64,000 nucleotides of DNA. Source: a virus. A program made the position numbers and the translations under genes. The notes under the pieces were generated by a model. That model had not been told where the DNA came from and ran no database searches. It was given only the letters and a program-made list of their open reading frames with translations. Shown in pieces: positions 46,274 to 55,874 of this stretch. Location of the stretch: positions 1 through 64,000 of IMG/VR virus record IMGVR_UViG_3300037110_000161. One strand, written 5' to 3'. Position 1 is the first letter of the stretch; every line of letters starts with the position of its first letter.

Positions 46274-47728
46274 CTATTGGGCTGCCGACACCACGGCACT
46301 TTCGCTTGCCATCTCTACCACCACCCGAAGCAGAAAGTCCTGAAAGTCGCGGCTGGTGTCGGTCGCACCCGTGACCCAATGAGTGACTTCCTCCAAGGCA
46401 GTCTTGAGCACCATCTTCGTGACGCCGCTGGCATGATCCTCGGCGATGTAGACGCCCGTTTCGTCGCAGAAGCCCAACAACCGGCTTCCGCCATTCATCA
46501 CGTCGCGAAAGCACCCGACCGCTGGCTTCGCCTTGTCGTTGGTCATGCTCAGGTTGACGAGCCAGCCCCATACTGTATCGACAGCTTCAACAGCAGCCGG
46601 CGTGGCGGGCAGCTTCTCGCGGCCCTGCTTCTCGTTCTCCGTAAGCACCTGGGCATCGGTCTTGACACCGAAGCGGGCGGCGGCCGTCACGATGTTGTCG
46701 GCCCTGATGGATTTGGCGGCGTAGCCCTTCCTCTCCACAAACTCGACGATCGTGGCGGATGGGCCGCACAGAATCGCATCGCCAGCCACGGCTTGCCACG
46801 CCTGCTGCCAGTTCTTTTGCTGCTCGGGCTGGGGCGTCTCCCACGACGGGCAGATGTAGTGTGGGTCCAACGTGTCCTCGAAGGCCGGCTTCTGGTCCAC
46901 CAGGGCCTTGAACACCGGGACCAACTCCGGGGCGGACGCCTTGCGGTACAACTTGGCGATCGCCGCCTTGATGGTGTAATCGCTGCTGTTGCGGCATTCG
47001 TCGATTTGCAATTCGGCCTGTTTGAAGTTGTAGTCATAGACCGAATCGTCGGTCGCTTCTTCGATCTCGCGGACCCAGACGCCGGCCCGGTAGATCACGG
47101 CGGTCTTCTTGCCGTTGAGGTTCCGGGTCGCCTTGGGCAGGAACGACTGCTTGACTTGCTCGGGGCGACCGGAAAAATGCAGGAACCGTTTGGGCAACTC
47201 GTCCAAATACCGCCGAACTTCCTCGTTCAGCTCCACGTACACGCGGGTGTAGCCGTCCTTCGCCTTGACCTTCTCGTCTTCGACTGGCATAACGCACAGC
47301 CGTGCATCCGAAAGCGCCGGAATGAACTCGCCGTTCTCTTCGCGGAGCGTGCGGTCGATGGCGTTGCTAATGAACTCGCGCATCGCCATGCCCAGGTCGG
47401 TCCAGTCGATCGCGCCGAAGTCGAGCACCCAACCCAGATCGATGGTCCGAGTGGACGTGCCGCCCAATTTGCACATGACCCGCTTGACCAGCTTGCGAGT
47501 CAGGCCGTCGTCGATCTCGTCGTCACGGGTCTGGAAGTCCAGGCGGGTTTTGCCACAGTAAACGATAACCTTGAGCCCGGCCCGCAAGAGCACGTTAATC
47601 GCGTGCTTGTTGCCGCTGCCAAACTGGCCGATCGCGCCTTCCACGCCGCAATCGCGGGTCGTGCTGACGCCAAGCAAAGTGAAGCCTTCCACGGGAGCCA
47701 CGCCGGGATTCTGGACGAGAAGAAACAT
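46274..47728 (-). CDS. GHKL-type ATPase with permuted motifs and C-terminal zincin-like motif
   Basis: QNPG, LLG.ST, IGQFGSG at the N-terminus; REFISNAID at about aa 117; EEVTH near the C-terminus; GAGGT RBS. Confidence 0.7.
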   Translation of the reverse strand: MFLLVQNPGVAPVEGFTLLGVSTTRDCGVEGAIGQFGSGNKHAINVLLRAGLKVIVYCGKTRLDFQTRDDEIDDGLTRKLVKRVMCKLGGTSTRTIDLGWVLDFGAIDWTDLGMAMREFISNAIDRTLREENGEFIPALSDARLCVMPVEDEKVKAKDGYTRVYVELNEEVRRYLDELPKRFLHFSGRPEQVKQSFLPKATRNLNGKKTAVIYRAGVWVREIEEATDDSVYDYNFKQAELQIDECRNSSDYTIKAAIAKLYRKASAPELVPVFKALVDQKPAFEDTLDPHYICPSWETPQPEQQKNWQQAWQAVAGDAILCGPSATIVEFVERKGYAAKSIRADNIVTAAARFGVKTDAQVLTENEKQGREKLPATPAAVEAVDTVWGWLVNLSMTNDKAKPAVGCFRDVMNGGSRLLGFCDETGVYIAEDHASGVTKMVLKTALEEVTHWVTGATDTSRDFQDFLLRVVVEMASESAVVSAAQ

Positions 47729-47809
47729 GGGTTGTACCTCAAAGATGTAACGTCATGGATTGAATTTGCCCGGATGGCGGCAGCCGCCAGTTCCGATTTT
47801 CGGCCGCGG

Positions 47810-47989
47810 TCAGTCGGTCTTGTCGCGAGTCCTTTCCAATTGCTGACCCTGCTCGGTCAGTTGGCCTTCGAGTTGCTCAACTGTTCCTTCCAATTCCTTG
47901 ATGCGTTTGATGGCGATGCCCAGGACTTCGGATTCCCGGCCACCGACGATGCCCAACACGCCACGCAGTTTGTCGAGATTGCTGCTCAT
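47810..47989 (-). CDS. Small coiled-coil protein
   Basis: 59 aa; GGAG RBS, ATGA overlap. Confidence 0.5.
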   Translation of the reverse strand: MSSNLDKLRGVLGIVGGRESEVLGIAIKRIKELEGTVEQLEGQLTEQGQQLERTRDKTD

Positions 47990-48120
47990 TGGCTTTCTCC
48001 ATTGCCGTTGCCCAGGTACTCGACCACAGATTGCCACCACCGGGATACCGTGCTCAACTGCTCGCGTCCCGTATCGCGCCGGCCGAAGGTCTTGGCGCTG
48101 GTCAACTCGGTGCCGTTCAT
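47986..48120 (-). CDS. Small hypothetical protein (44 aa)
   Basis: ATGA-coupled at both ends (MNGTELTSAKTF...); not in the ORF track. Confidence 0.4.
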   Translation of the reverse strand: MNGTELTSAKTFGRRDTGREQLSTVSRWWQSVVEYLGNGNGESQ

Positions 48121-48764
48121 TCGTCGCCCCCTTCTTCACTGCCCTCTTCCTCCACCATTTCGCCACCGCAGCCGCAGGTCGGCAGGCCGGCTTCGTCCAA
48201 CCACTTGCGGGTCATGCGCACCACGCAACCGCACTGTTGGCACGTGACTTTGAGCATCCGCGTGGTCTGCGTCTTCGGCCGGTTGCTGGCCACCAGGCGG
48301 GCGTGTGGGTAGTCGCCAAGCTGTTCGATTAGTTCTTTGAGCCGGGTCTGCAACGCCTCGCCCGCGACCGTGGCCGTCATTTTGCCCTCCAGCCCAATGG
48401 CCTTGGCGACTCGCCGGAACGGCCCACGGTGTTTGCAGTCGATCCCCACGGCCGTATGAACCAACTCGTGAACCAGGGTGGCGGTGACTTCGATGCTCTC
48501 CTTGAGCAGCGGGGAAATAAAGACCTGGAACGACTTGTCTTCGCTGCTCTCGACGCCCCAGCACTCGCCGATGCGGCGGGCCTTGTTCGCCAAGGCGGAC
48601 TTCGAAGGAAAACCGCACGAAACGCGAATCTTCTCGGGCAGGGGCGCCCCGATCTGCTCGAAATCGGGTCGGAGCAAGTCGATCATCTGTTGCAGCCAGT
48701 CTTCGCGGATCACGGGTGCGTCTCCAAGAGTTGTGTAAACGTTGGCTATAGTGTAGCCATGCAT
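48117..48764 (-). CDS. SprT-like metalloprotease with C-terminal Zn ribbon
   Basis: IGECW, HELVH, H.GPF, CQQC...CGC; start uncertain. Confidence 0.75.
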   Translation of the reverse strand: MHGYTIANVYTTLGDAPVIREDWLQQMIDLLRPDFEQIGAPLPEKIRVSCGFPSKSALANKARRIGECWGVESSEDKSFQVFISPLLKESIEVTATLVHELVHTAVGIDCKHRGPFRRVAKAIGLEGKMTATVAGEALQTRLKELIEQLGDYPHARLVASNRPKTQTTRMLKVTCQQCGCVVRMTRKWLDEAGLPTCGCGGEMVEEEGSEEGGDE

Positions 48765-48779
48765 CGAAATGGGTGCATG

Positions 48780-49529
48780 TCAATGTGCCGGCAAAGCACC
48801 TTCCAGGGTGCGAAAGCGATTGATCCTACCCAAACACTCGGATGCGTGACGCTGGAACAGTCGCCATACAGCCGGTTTGGTGTAAGCCTTGCCATCGCGG
48901 GTGAAGTGGCCGTTTTCGTTGAGCCACTGGGCGATCTCGTCCAGCGTGCGTCCGTCGGCCCGCAGTTCCTTTATCGTCGGGACCAGGTGGGCGTACTTCC
49001 TGTCGGTTTCGGCGCGACGTTTCGCGGCCGACCGCTGCGTCGCCTTCCTGAACCCTCGCAGGTGCTCGCGGCCCTGCCACGCACCCTCGCGGGCCGAGCC
49101 CAGCTTGACGCCACGGGCCCTGGCGGCGGCCAGGGCCTTTCTCGTCCGCTCGCCGATAAGTCGCGCCTCCTCTTGGGCCACGGCAGCCAAGATGTGTAGC
49201 GTCAGGGTGTTGGCCCCCTTGCAATCGCAGCATACGAAGTCCACCTTCGACTCCATCAAGGCTGCCGTGAAGGCGACGTTGCGGGCAAGCCGATCCAGTT
49301 TGGCGACCACCAGCGTGGCGTTGGAGAGCTTCGCATGGGCGAGGGCCTTCGCCAGCTCCGGTCGATCGGGGGTCGTTCCTGTCTCGATTTCGGTGTAGTG
49401 GGCGATCTCGCTGCCACCCGACTCAGCAATCAGCTTCAAGACATCCATTTGTTGGGCCTCAAGACCCAAGCCCGACCTGCCCTGACGCTTGGTGCTGACG
49501 CGGTAGTACGGAATGAAGCGTGCGGTCAT
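48780..49529 (-). CDS. Serine recombinase (resolvase family) with C-terminal recombinase/HTH domain
   Basis: YYRVST catalytic Ser, GLEAQ, RPEL, KLDRLAR and E...I.ERT motifs. Confidence 0.9.
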   Translation of the reverse strand: MTARFIPYYRVSTKRQGRSGLGLEAQQMDVLKLIAESGGSEIAHYTEIETGTTPDRPELAKALAHAKLSNATLVVAKLDRLARNVAFTAALMESKVDFVCCDCKGANTLTLHILAAVAQEEARLIGERTRKALAAARARGVKLGSAREGAWQGREHLRGFRKATQRSAAKRRAETDRKYAHLVPTIKELRADGRTLDEIAQWLNENGHFTRDGKAYTKPAVWRLFQRHASECLGRINRFRTLEGALPAH

Positions 49530-49551
49530 CGTGGTGTGTCCTTCTAGTATT

Positions 49552-49579
49552 ATCATACCACGAAATGGCTGAATGTCAA
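49552..49579 (-). promoter_or_regulatory. sigma70-like promoter of the serine recombinase gene
   Basis: TTGACA-N16-TATGAT with a TG extension. Confidence 0.7.
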
Positions 49580-50247
49580 ATCGCCAAACGAGATTTTCGG
49601 AGTGGCGGGGACGGCTTTTCAGCAAGGCGCGACATCCACGAACGTCGAGATGGCATTCCGGGGCGCCATCCCACGCCTCACGATCCAAGCGGGGGCACCC
49701 AGCGAGGAACACCAGCGCGGTGGCCCAACCTATCGTCATGCGGAGCTGGGTGCGCGAGGCTTGTGCGGCCCGGTGAACGTTTTCCTACCGGAGGGCCAAT
49801 CCAGTCGCTGCTCGGCTCTCCGTTTCCGGACCGATGCTCGCCGCAACCCTTGTGGCCCTTGTGCCGGGGTTTGCACCGGGGGGTGGGATGAGGTAGGATT
49901 GAATCGACAATTTGAAATTGACGCGCAAGCGTCGAGTCACTGCTTCCCAACGAACGACCAACCTGGGCTTCCGAGCCCTTGAACGTGAAGGCAGTGCTTG
50001 ACCGCGCTTCCCCGAAAGGGGGAGCGTCGGCCGGCACTGTTTCACGTTGCCCCTTGGTCGGGGCGTTGGGAGCAGTCTGGTTTGACGCTCCCCTGTCTTT
50101 TTTCGGGGCCTGCATGACCGCACGCGATCGTCTTGCTCAACAGTTCGACGAATTACGCGATAGGGTTCGCGCTCTGTCCACAGTCATGAGCTGGCCCGGT
50201 CTGCCACAGGTGGGCCTTGTTGCCGACATCGATCTCACAGGTGCATC

Positions 50248-50460
50248 ATGTTGATCGCGGAAATGCGGTGTCGGCTGCGATGCCTCGGCTGGAAGCCCCT
50301 GGACGACGCGCAGCAAGCCTACGATGGTAGCTGGTGGTTGAGTGCCCAGAGTTGTGGGCACACCATCGTCGCCCTTGCTGACAGCCGCTCAGAAACCTGG
50401 TCACTTGCCTGCTCGATGGCGATGAAGCTTACACGCAACGGCCTGGTGAACCCTCTATGA
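50248..50460 (+). CDS. Hypothetical protein
   Basis: 70 aa, AGGT RBS, coupled to the next ORF. Confidence 0.45.
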   Translation: MLIAEMRCRLRCLGWKPLDDAQQAYDGSWWLSAQSCGHTIVALADSRSETWSLACSMAMKLTRNGLVNPL

Positions 50461-50708
50461 CCCACCCAATCGCAACAGGCATAAAAATAGACGACCTGCG
50501 CCAGCTTGTCGCGCGGAAGACCGAGGCCGTCAAGCGGCTCGAATCGCAATTGGAGACCGAGGATGCGGAATTAGTCGAACTAGAGCGGCAACTTGAAACG
50601 CTTGAAGATGAACACGAGGTGAGCCCGGATGAAACCAAGAGGCCGGAACCCGCAATCAGACCTGCGGATAGCCGTACTTCCAGCGAAAGGCGGGATCGGC
50701 TCGTTTGA
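50457..50708 (+). CDS. Hypothetical coiled-coil protein
   Basis: 83 aa, acidic heptads, ATGA overlap. Confidence 0.45.
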   Translation: MTHPIATGIKIDDLRQLVARKTEAVKRLESQLETEDAELVELERQLETLEDEHEVSPDETKRPEPAIRPADSRTSSERRDRLV

Positions 50709-51102
50709 TCGCCAAGGCCGTGAACACGGCGTTGGACTCTTCGCAGCCAGCCAGGGCGCGCTTCCACTCGTTGACCATGTATCGGGTCACGCCCCAGAAG
50801 TGTGCTACGGCCACCTCGTCTTCTTCTGCCACGGCGCGGACCAGGCCGGCGAACAGAATCGGCATGAGGCCCTTGTGCCGGCCACGCTTGCAGTGGAAGC
50901 CCGGCCAGGGAATCGGCGCCTCAGTCATGCCTTCCACCGTGACATCCCCGTAATACTCGTCGTGGACCGTCGAACCGACCTTGACGCTCGGCGGCATGTA
51001 CGGGCCGGCACGGAACGGATACCCGTTGGCCAGCGGATATTCGACGGCCGTCGGCTGCTCGCCGCTGTCGCGGGGCTTCGCCCTTTGTTTTGCAGCCGTC
51101 AC
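50656..51102 (-). CDS. HTH-containing hypothetical protein
   Basis: AVAHFWGVTRYMVNEWKRAL helix-turn-helix pattern; GTGA overlap with the upstream gene. Confidence 0.6.
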   Translation of the reverse strand: MTAAKQRAKPRDSGEQPTAVEYPLANGYPFRAGPYMPPSVKVGSTVHDEYYGDVTVEGMTEAPIPWPGFHCKRGRHKGLMPILFAGLVRAVAEEDEVAVAHFWGVTRYMVNEWKRALAGCEESNAVFTALAIKRADPAFRWKYGYPQV

Positions 51103-51833
51103 GCCGTCTTCTCCATGCACGGGATGATTTGCGGCTTGCCGCCGCGATCCTTGACTTTGCCCAGAAAACCGTCACCGAGGTAGCGTTTCAGCAACCGCCA
51201 CACCGACACCTGATTGAATGGATGGCCAGCCGTAGTCGTATGCCCATTGTTGTTCAACCATTCGGCGATCTCGTCCATCGTCTTGCCGGCTTCCCGCATT
51301 TCCTTCAAGGTCGGCATGATGAAGCGGTAAGTCTCTTCGGTGCGCTGCCGCCGCAACTTTGCCGACTGGGCGATCGCTTTCTTCGTCCCCCGCAAGTGCT
51401 CCCGACCTTCCCAATGGCCAGGCCGTGCCGACCCCAGCTTGATTCCCTTCCTCTTGACGGCCTCGGCCAGGGTCCGCTTCGTCCGCTCGCTGATCCGCCG
51501 CGACTCCTCCTCGGCCGAGGCGACCAGGATGTGGACCGTGAACTTGTTGCACTGCTCGTTATCGAGACACGCGAAGTCCACGCGACTCTCAAGCAAGATC
51601 GCGAGAAACCTGGCGTTTCGCCCAAGGCGGCCGAGTTTCGCGATGACCAGGACCGCCTCGTCGCGGCGGCACTGCTCAAGGGCTTCCACCAATCGGGGCC
51701 ACTGCCGCTTTCCTTCCACGAATTCGGCGATCAACGCGCCGTTGTTGAACTTGACGAACTCCGCCACAGCCGAGCGGTCGGTCTGCCGATAGTGGTAAGA
51801 GACATACTTGACTTTTGTCGTATGGATATTCAT
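51099..51833 (-). CDS. Serine recombinase paralog with degenerate catalytic motifs
   Basis: Collinear with 48780-49529 (KLGSAR.G.W.GREHLRG, DEIA.WLN.NGH) but YRVST becomes YRQTD and DRLAR becomes GRLGR. Confidence 0.8.
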   Translation of the reverse strand: MNIHTTKVKYVSYHYRQTDRSAVAEFVKFNNGALIAEFVEGKRQWPRLVEALEQCRRDEAVLVIAKLGRLGRNARFLAILLESRVDFACLDNEQCNKFTVHILVASAEEESRRISERTKRTLAEAVKRKGIKLGSARPGHWEGREHLRGTKKAIAQSAKLRRQRTEETYRFIMPTLKEMREAGKTMDEIAEWLNNNGHTTTAGHPFNQVSVWRLLKRYLGDGFLGKVKDRGGKPQIIPCMEKTA

Positions 51834-51867
51834 AATCAACCCCGCTTTATTTCTGGCCTGTAGCGCA

Positions 51868-51896
51868 AGCTTACACCACCTCCAAGGGAAAGTCAA
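51868..51896 (-). promoter_or_regulatory. sigma70-like promoter
   Basis: TTGACT-N17-TAAGCT upstream of 51833. Confidence 0.5.
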
Positions 51897-52316
51897 ATGG
51901 ACGCAAATGTGGTCACGCCGATGCTGACGCTTTTCCGTTCCGACGAACCTTCCTATCAACCGCTTCATCCCTCAAAATCGCTTCAACCCGAAGACGGCGA
52001 TCCGCAGGCGTCGCTGGAAAACTTGAAGCAGCTCGGACTGGTGATTCAGGAGATCTGGGCGCGGAAGGGACTCTCCCGAATCTTGATCCAGTTCGCCACG
52101 GGCGAACAATACGTTGCGCTCGGCTTGCGGAACCCGGCGGCTTTGGCTTTTCTCGCCTCGAACGCCGGCTTCGGCGACTACCACGAACTGGAATCGTTCT
52201 ACGCCCGCCTGCCGGCCGACTATGACGGCAAGCTGCCCGCCGTGACGGATCGCCACGGCATGCTGCCGCCGAAAGAGTACGACGACGCAATCCCCGCACC
52301 CGCAGGCGACCGGTAA
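51897..52316 (+). CDS. Hypothetical protein
   Basis: 139 aa, AAGGGA RBS, GC3-rich codons. Confidence 0.55.
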   Translation: MDANVVTPMLTLFRSDEPSYQPLHPSKSLQPEDGDPQASLENLKQLGLVIQEIWARKGLSRILIQFATGEQYVALGLRNPAALAFLASNAGFGDYHELESFYARLPADYDGKLPAVTDRHGMLPPKEYDDAIPAPAGDR

Positions 52317-52367
52317 CGGCCGGCCTCACCACCCCTCCTTTGTTCTTGGAGGACGGGTGAGTGATGC

Positions 52368-52652
52368 GTCACCATCAGTCACCCGCCCGTGGACGCCGCA
52401 ATACTGCAATAAGCCTCTCGCGGGCAAGCGGTTGTGACGCCAGTGGCCTGCGGGTCATGGTGACTGGTGACTCATGGTGAGCCTTTTTTCCCATTACCAC
52501 TCTATGTATATGTGTTACTACTTCTGATCTATGTTTCTTAACAACGATTGGGGAAAAAGGGACACCAAACGAGGAGAAAACGCAGGTTTCTGGCAGCAAC
52601 TCGTTGTCGAGCAATGGGTTAGTTTGGTGACTCATTTGCCTGGGCGGGTGAC
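52368..52652. repeat. Cluster of GGTGAC/GTCACC hexamers around an AT-rich stretch (candidate origin)
   Basis: Hexamers at 52368, 52378, 52459, 52466, 52626 and 52647; AT-rich 52484-52560. Confidence 0.35.
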
Positions 52653-53471
52653 GCTTTCAGCCACGATGTTTCGATCGCTCTTACCGCCTCCCTCGCCCTC
52701 GTCCCGCGTGTAAACACACGTTGTCCGTCCGCGCTCGTCCCCTCCAGTAGCCGGCATGAGTTTTCGGCCGGCTTTCGACAGGCCCTAATCGGGCCGTCTG
52801 TTTACAGTGCCGCGTCAGACCTCCCTTTGTGCGTGCGAGCACAGTCAGAGGAGCAAGCCCGCGCGCTCGCCGTTCCGATTGTGTCGGTTTTCCCAAATAG
52901 ACTGACCCTCCACCACCCTTACTGGGGGAAGTGTCCGCGGGCAAGGCCGGCCACATCGCTACGACCCCTACAATCGCAACGGTTGCGTTTGCTTGAACGG
53001 TGGTTCAAGCAAACCGAACTAGGGCAAGGCAACGGCCCGCGGGTCCGCTCACCCGGCCGCGGGCCGCGGGGTCGACCTGGTGGGGAGGCTGAAGCGCATT
53101 TTCTAACCGCGCGCTTCTAACCGCGCGTGAGATTTACGTGGCCTCGTGACGTAACATATTACCCGCAAGCAACTTACGATCTTAGTTCCCACCCGCAAGC
53201 TACTTCGGCACGTTGCCCCGCGAGCATAGGGCAGAGAATCGGCCGCGCAGACAATATATATACGGCGCAACTCCGGCGCGAATTCGGCGCTTGCTCACCT
53301 TGCCCCGATAACTCTTGCAACCCGCAAGATTCTCTCTTCTCCGGCGCTTTCTGCGCGGATTCCGCTCAAGTTTGGTTGACGACATTTGAACATGCGACGA
53401 AAGAAGTGCATGATTAAATAGATCAGACATCGCACAAAAGACGCGAATACTTGCAACAGTGAGGGTCAACC

Positions 53472-53660
53472 ATGTTAAGCATCATTCGCAAGGCAACCGG
53501 GAAGCGAGTGGCAGAAGTGGAAGAGGGGCATTGGTTGGAAACCGTTTTAGCGTGTCTGCCATTCGGGGTTTATGGGGTGGAAGACTCGGAAGGCAACGAA
53601 GTGAATCAAGCAACCGTCAAGGCGGGTCGGGTTTCCTTCAGCAACGCAACAGGGAGCTAG
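53472..53660 (+). CDS. Hypothetical protein
   Basis: GAGGG RBS; first gene of the plus-strand cassette. Confidence 0.55.
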   Translation: MLSIIRKATGKRVAEVEEGHWLETVLACLPFGVYGVEDSEGNEVNQATVKAGRVSFSNATGS

Positions 53661-53664
53661 CACC

Positions 53665-53826
53665 ATGAGTAAGAAACATTTTCGGGCGCTTGCCGATGCA
53701 ATTTCCAGCATTGCCGACAAGGCGGAACGGGAGCGCGTTTGCGAGTTAGTGGGCGCGGTCTGCGCCGGGTGCAATGGCCGTTTCTGCTGGTATACGTGGC
53801 GCGCGGCTTGTGGAGTAAGGGGGTAG
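53665..53826 (+). CDS. Small phage protein (MSKKHF.ALA...N.RF....W..AC type), 53 aa
   Basis: Manual translation; GGGAG RBS; fills the gap between neighbours exactly; below the ORF-track length cut-off. Confidence 0.65.
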   Translation: MSKKHFRALADAISSIADKAERERVCELVGAVCAGCNGRFCWYTWRAACGVRG

Positions 53827-53830
53827 CACC

Positions 53831-54190
53831 ATGCTGGCAACACAGAAAACCATTCTGGCCGATTTTGAAATTCAATTCCTGGGGATTGATTCCCCCTCCT
53901 ACTTCCCCGGATACGGAACCGCGTTTACCCCGTTTCGTTTCTGCGCGTACGGCATTGGGGACACTGAAGAGGAGGCGTTAGAAGACTGCTTGGAAATGAT
54001 GGCGCAATCTGCTGGGTTCGATTTCGACGAACTGGCGGAGCAACGCATCCGGGCAGAATACGGCGCTTGCGACACAACCACGGTTGCCGAAGCGCTGGGG
54101 TGGTCGGAAGAGGAAACCGAAGAGGTTTCGGATAGCGGGGAAGAGTGTTATTTCCACGTTGGCATTAGGTGGAATGAGAAGGCGAACTAG
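53831..54190 (+). CDS. Acidic hypothetical protein
   Basis: 119 aa, Glu/Asp-rich. Confidence 0.7.
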   Translation: MLATQKTILADFEIQFLGIDSPSYFPGYGTAFTPFRFCAYGIGDTEEEALEDCLEMMAQSAGFDFDELAEQRIRAEYGACDTTTVAEALGWSEEETEEVSDSGEECYFHVGIRWNEKAN

Positions 54191-54208
54191 CAACCGGGAG
54201 CAACTACC

Positions 54209-54718
54209 ATGATTCGGTTTCGATGGTTGACGGGGGATAGGGATTTTCTGACCTACGGGGGCAAGTGGATTTCGACCCGCCAGAATAACGGGGAATTCGA
54301 TTACTACCTTGTAATTGAGTTGCTCAACTGGCGGGAAACGGTTGGGGAACGGGAAGCGCCGCCGGAAACCTACAACGTTTCTCTGTCTGTCGTTTCGCCT
54401 CAGGAGGCGCAAGGAAAGATCAGCGCGGCGCTAGACTGTTGCGGAATCACGGAAGCAATGCTTCAGACCGCAACTGGAAACGGATACCGCGATACGGTTC
54501 TAGTGGAAGCGCTCTATACCTACGGGATACATACCCCGGTCTGGAGTAAAGACGGGAACAATTGGCGCGCGCTAATGCGGGAAGCGCGCCAAGAGGCAAG
54601 GCAATGCGAATTCCTTTTCGGATTCTACCTTGACCGGCCCGTCAATCGCATCGGTACAACGGGGTGGGAATCCTTACGGGGTGACTTGACCAGCGCGCTT
54701 GACCGGGTTTGCAACTAG
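54209..54718 (+). CDS. Hypothetical protein
   Basis: 169 aa; GGAG RBS. Confidence 0.7.
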   Translation: MIRFRWLTGDRDFLTYGGKWISTRQNNGEFDYYLVIELLNWRETVGEREAPPETYNVSLSVVSPQEAQGKISAALDCCGITEAMLQTATGNGYRDTVLVEALYTYGIHTPVWSKDGNNWRALMREARQEARQCEFLFGFYLDRPVNRIGTTGWESLRGDLTSALDRVCN

Positions 54719-54729
54719 GAGCAACTACC

Positions 54730-55482
54730 ATGCAACTAGGGGAAATGGACCTGGAAACGGCAGCAAGGGAGGCGCGGGGCAATTGGCAGAAGTTTGACTG
54801 CTTTGCTTGGCACGATAGGCCGGAAGATTCGGAGGAGTGGGCGATTGTCTACACTCACAACCGGGATTCCGACTTATTGGACCAAAGCAACGCCGATGCG
54901 ATCGACAAGGCGCTAGCGCCGTTTACCGAAGGGGACAACCCCGATGTCCGGGCGGAACATCACGGGCATTGGGCTTGTGGGTGGATTGACGGTTACGCCA
55001 TTCGCGTCTACCGCAACGGCCAGATTACCGAAGCATTTCGCGCCTACCATGAGCTAGCGGCGCGGCTTGCGGATTACCCCATCTTGGACGAAGAAGACCA
55101 CTCCCGGCGGGAATATGAGGCAACGCTAGAGAATCTCCGCAATGAGGGTTTCGCTGATTGCTACGCGCCACCGGAGGAGTGGGCCGGGGAAGTCTTTTCG
55201 TGGTTGTGGGACCACAACCAAAGCGCCGTTGAAAACCGCGATGGAAACGGGGGCTATGCCACTAAAGAAGAGATAGGCGAAGCGCTGGACGCGCTGGGGT
55301 ATCGGATTCTGTGGGTGGTTTCCTACGTCGATACAGGAGAGGTTAGGGAAGAGTACCGCGAAGAATCGGAAGCGCAAGAGCGCTGCGAAGCGCTGCGCGC
55401 CGACGGAGTTCTAGGCGCGACCTACTGCGAACAATTGCCGACTTATGAGGAAAACAACAATGACGCTAACACTGCAACGTGA
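54730..55482 (+). CDS. Acidic hypothetical protein (RDS..L..SN, HWACGW, L.DYPILDE motifs)
   Basis: 250 aa; AGGAG RBS. Confidence 0.75.
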   Translation: MQLGEMDLETAAREARGNWQKFDCFAWHDRPEDSEEWAIVYTHNRDSDLLDQSNADAIDKALAPFTEGDNPDVRAEHHGHWACGWIDGYAIRVYRNGQITEAFRAYHELAARLADYPILDEEDHSRREYEATLENLRNEGFADCYAPPEEWAGEVFSWLWDHNQSAVENRDGNGGYATKEEIGEALDALGYRILWVVSYVDTGEVREEYREESEAQERCEALRADGVLGATYCEQLPTYEENNNDANTAT

Positions 55483-55873
55483 GTATGCGCAAGCGCGCAA
55501 GGCGGGTTACTCCGCCCGGGAATCCCTGCGCACTGCGCGGATTGTCCGGGAGTGGGACAACTTGGAATCCGCGGGGCTTGTCCGATTGCGGGCGGAGGGG
55601 GAGCAAGAGGGCTATTTCGACGTTTACGGGGAACCGGACAGCGCGAAGGAACGGGCAGAAATCGAGCGCTACCTTGACCTATGGGGTTGCTATTGCTGCC
55701 TTGCCGAATACCTTGACACCCGCGGCACGTGGCAAGTAGCCGATTCCATCAGCATGTGTGTCTACGCGAACCCCTTGGACCCCTTGGAGAATTGGTACAT
55801 TCCCGACTTGATGGAATCGGCTATTGAAACGGCAACAGCGGTTCATTTTCAACGGGCAGGGAGTGGCATATAG
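55460..55873 (+). CDS. Hypothetical protein
   Basis: 137 aa; GAGG RBS. Confidence 0.65.
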   Translation: MTLTLQREYAQARKAGYSARESLRTARIVREWDNLESAGLVRLRAEGEQEGYFDVYGEPDSAKERAEIERYLDLWGCYCCLAEYLDTRGTWQVADSISMCVYANPLDPLENWYIPDLMESAIETATAVHFQRAGSGI

Positions 55874-55874
55874 C

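Noticed and set aside
46166-48247. 693-aa plus-strand ORF
   Set aside because: Antisense to the GHKL ATPase and neighbouring genes, which carry clear motifs and RBSs.
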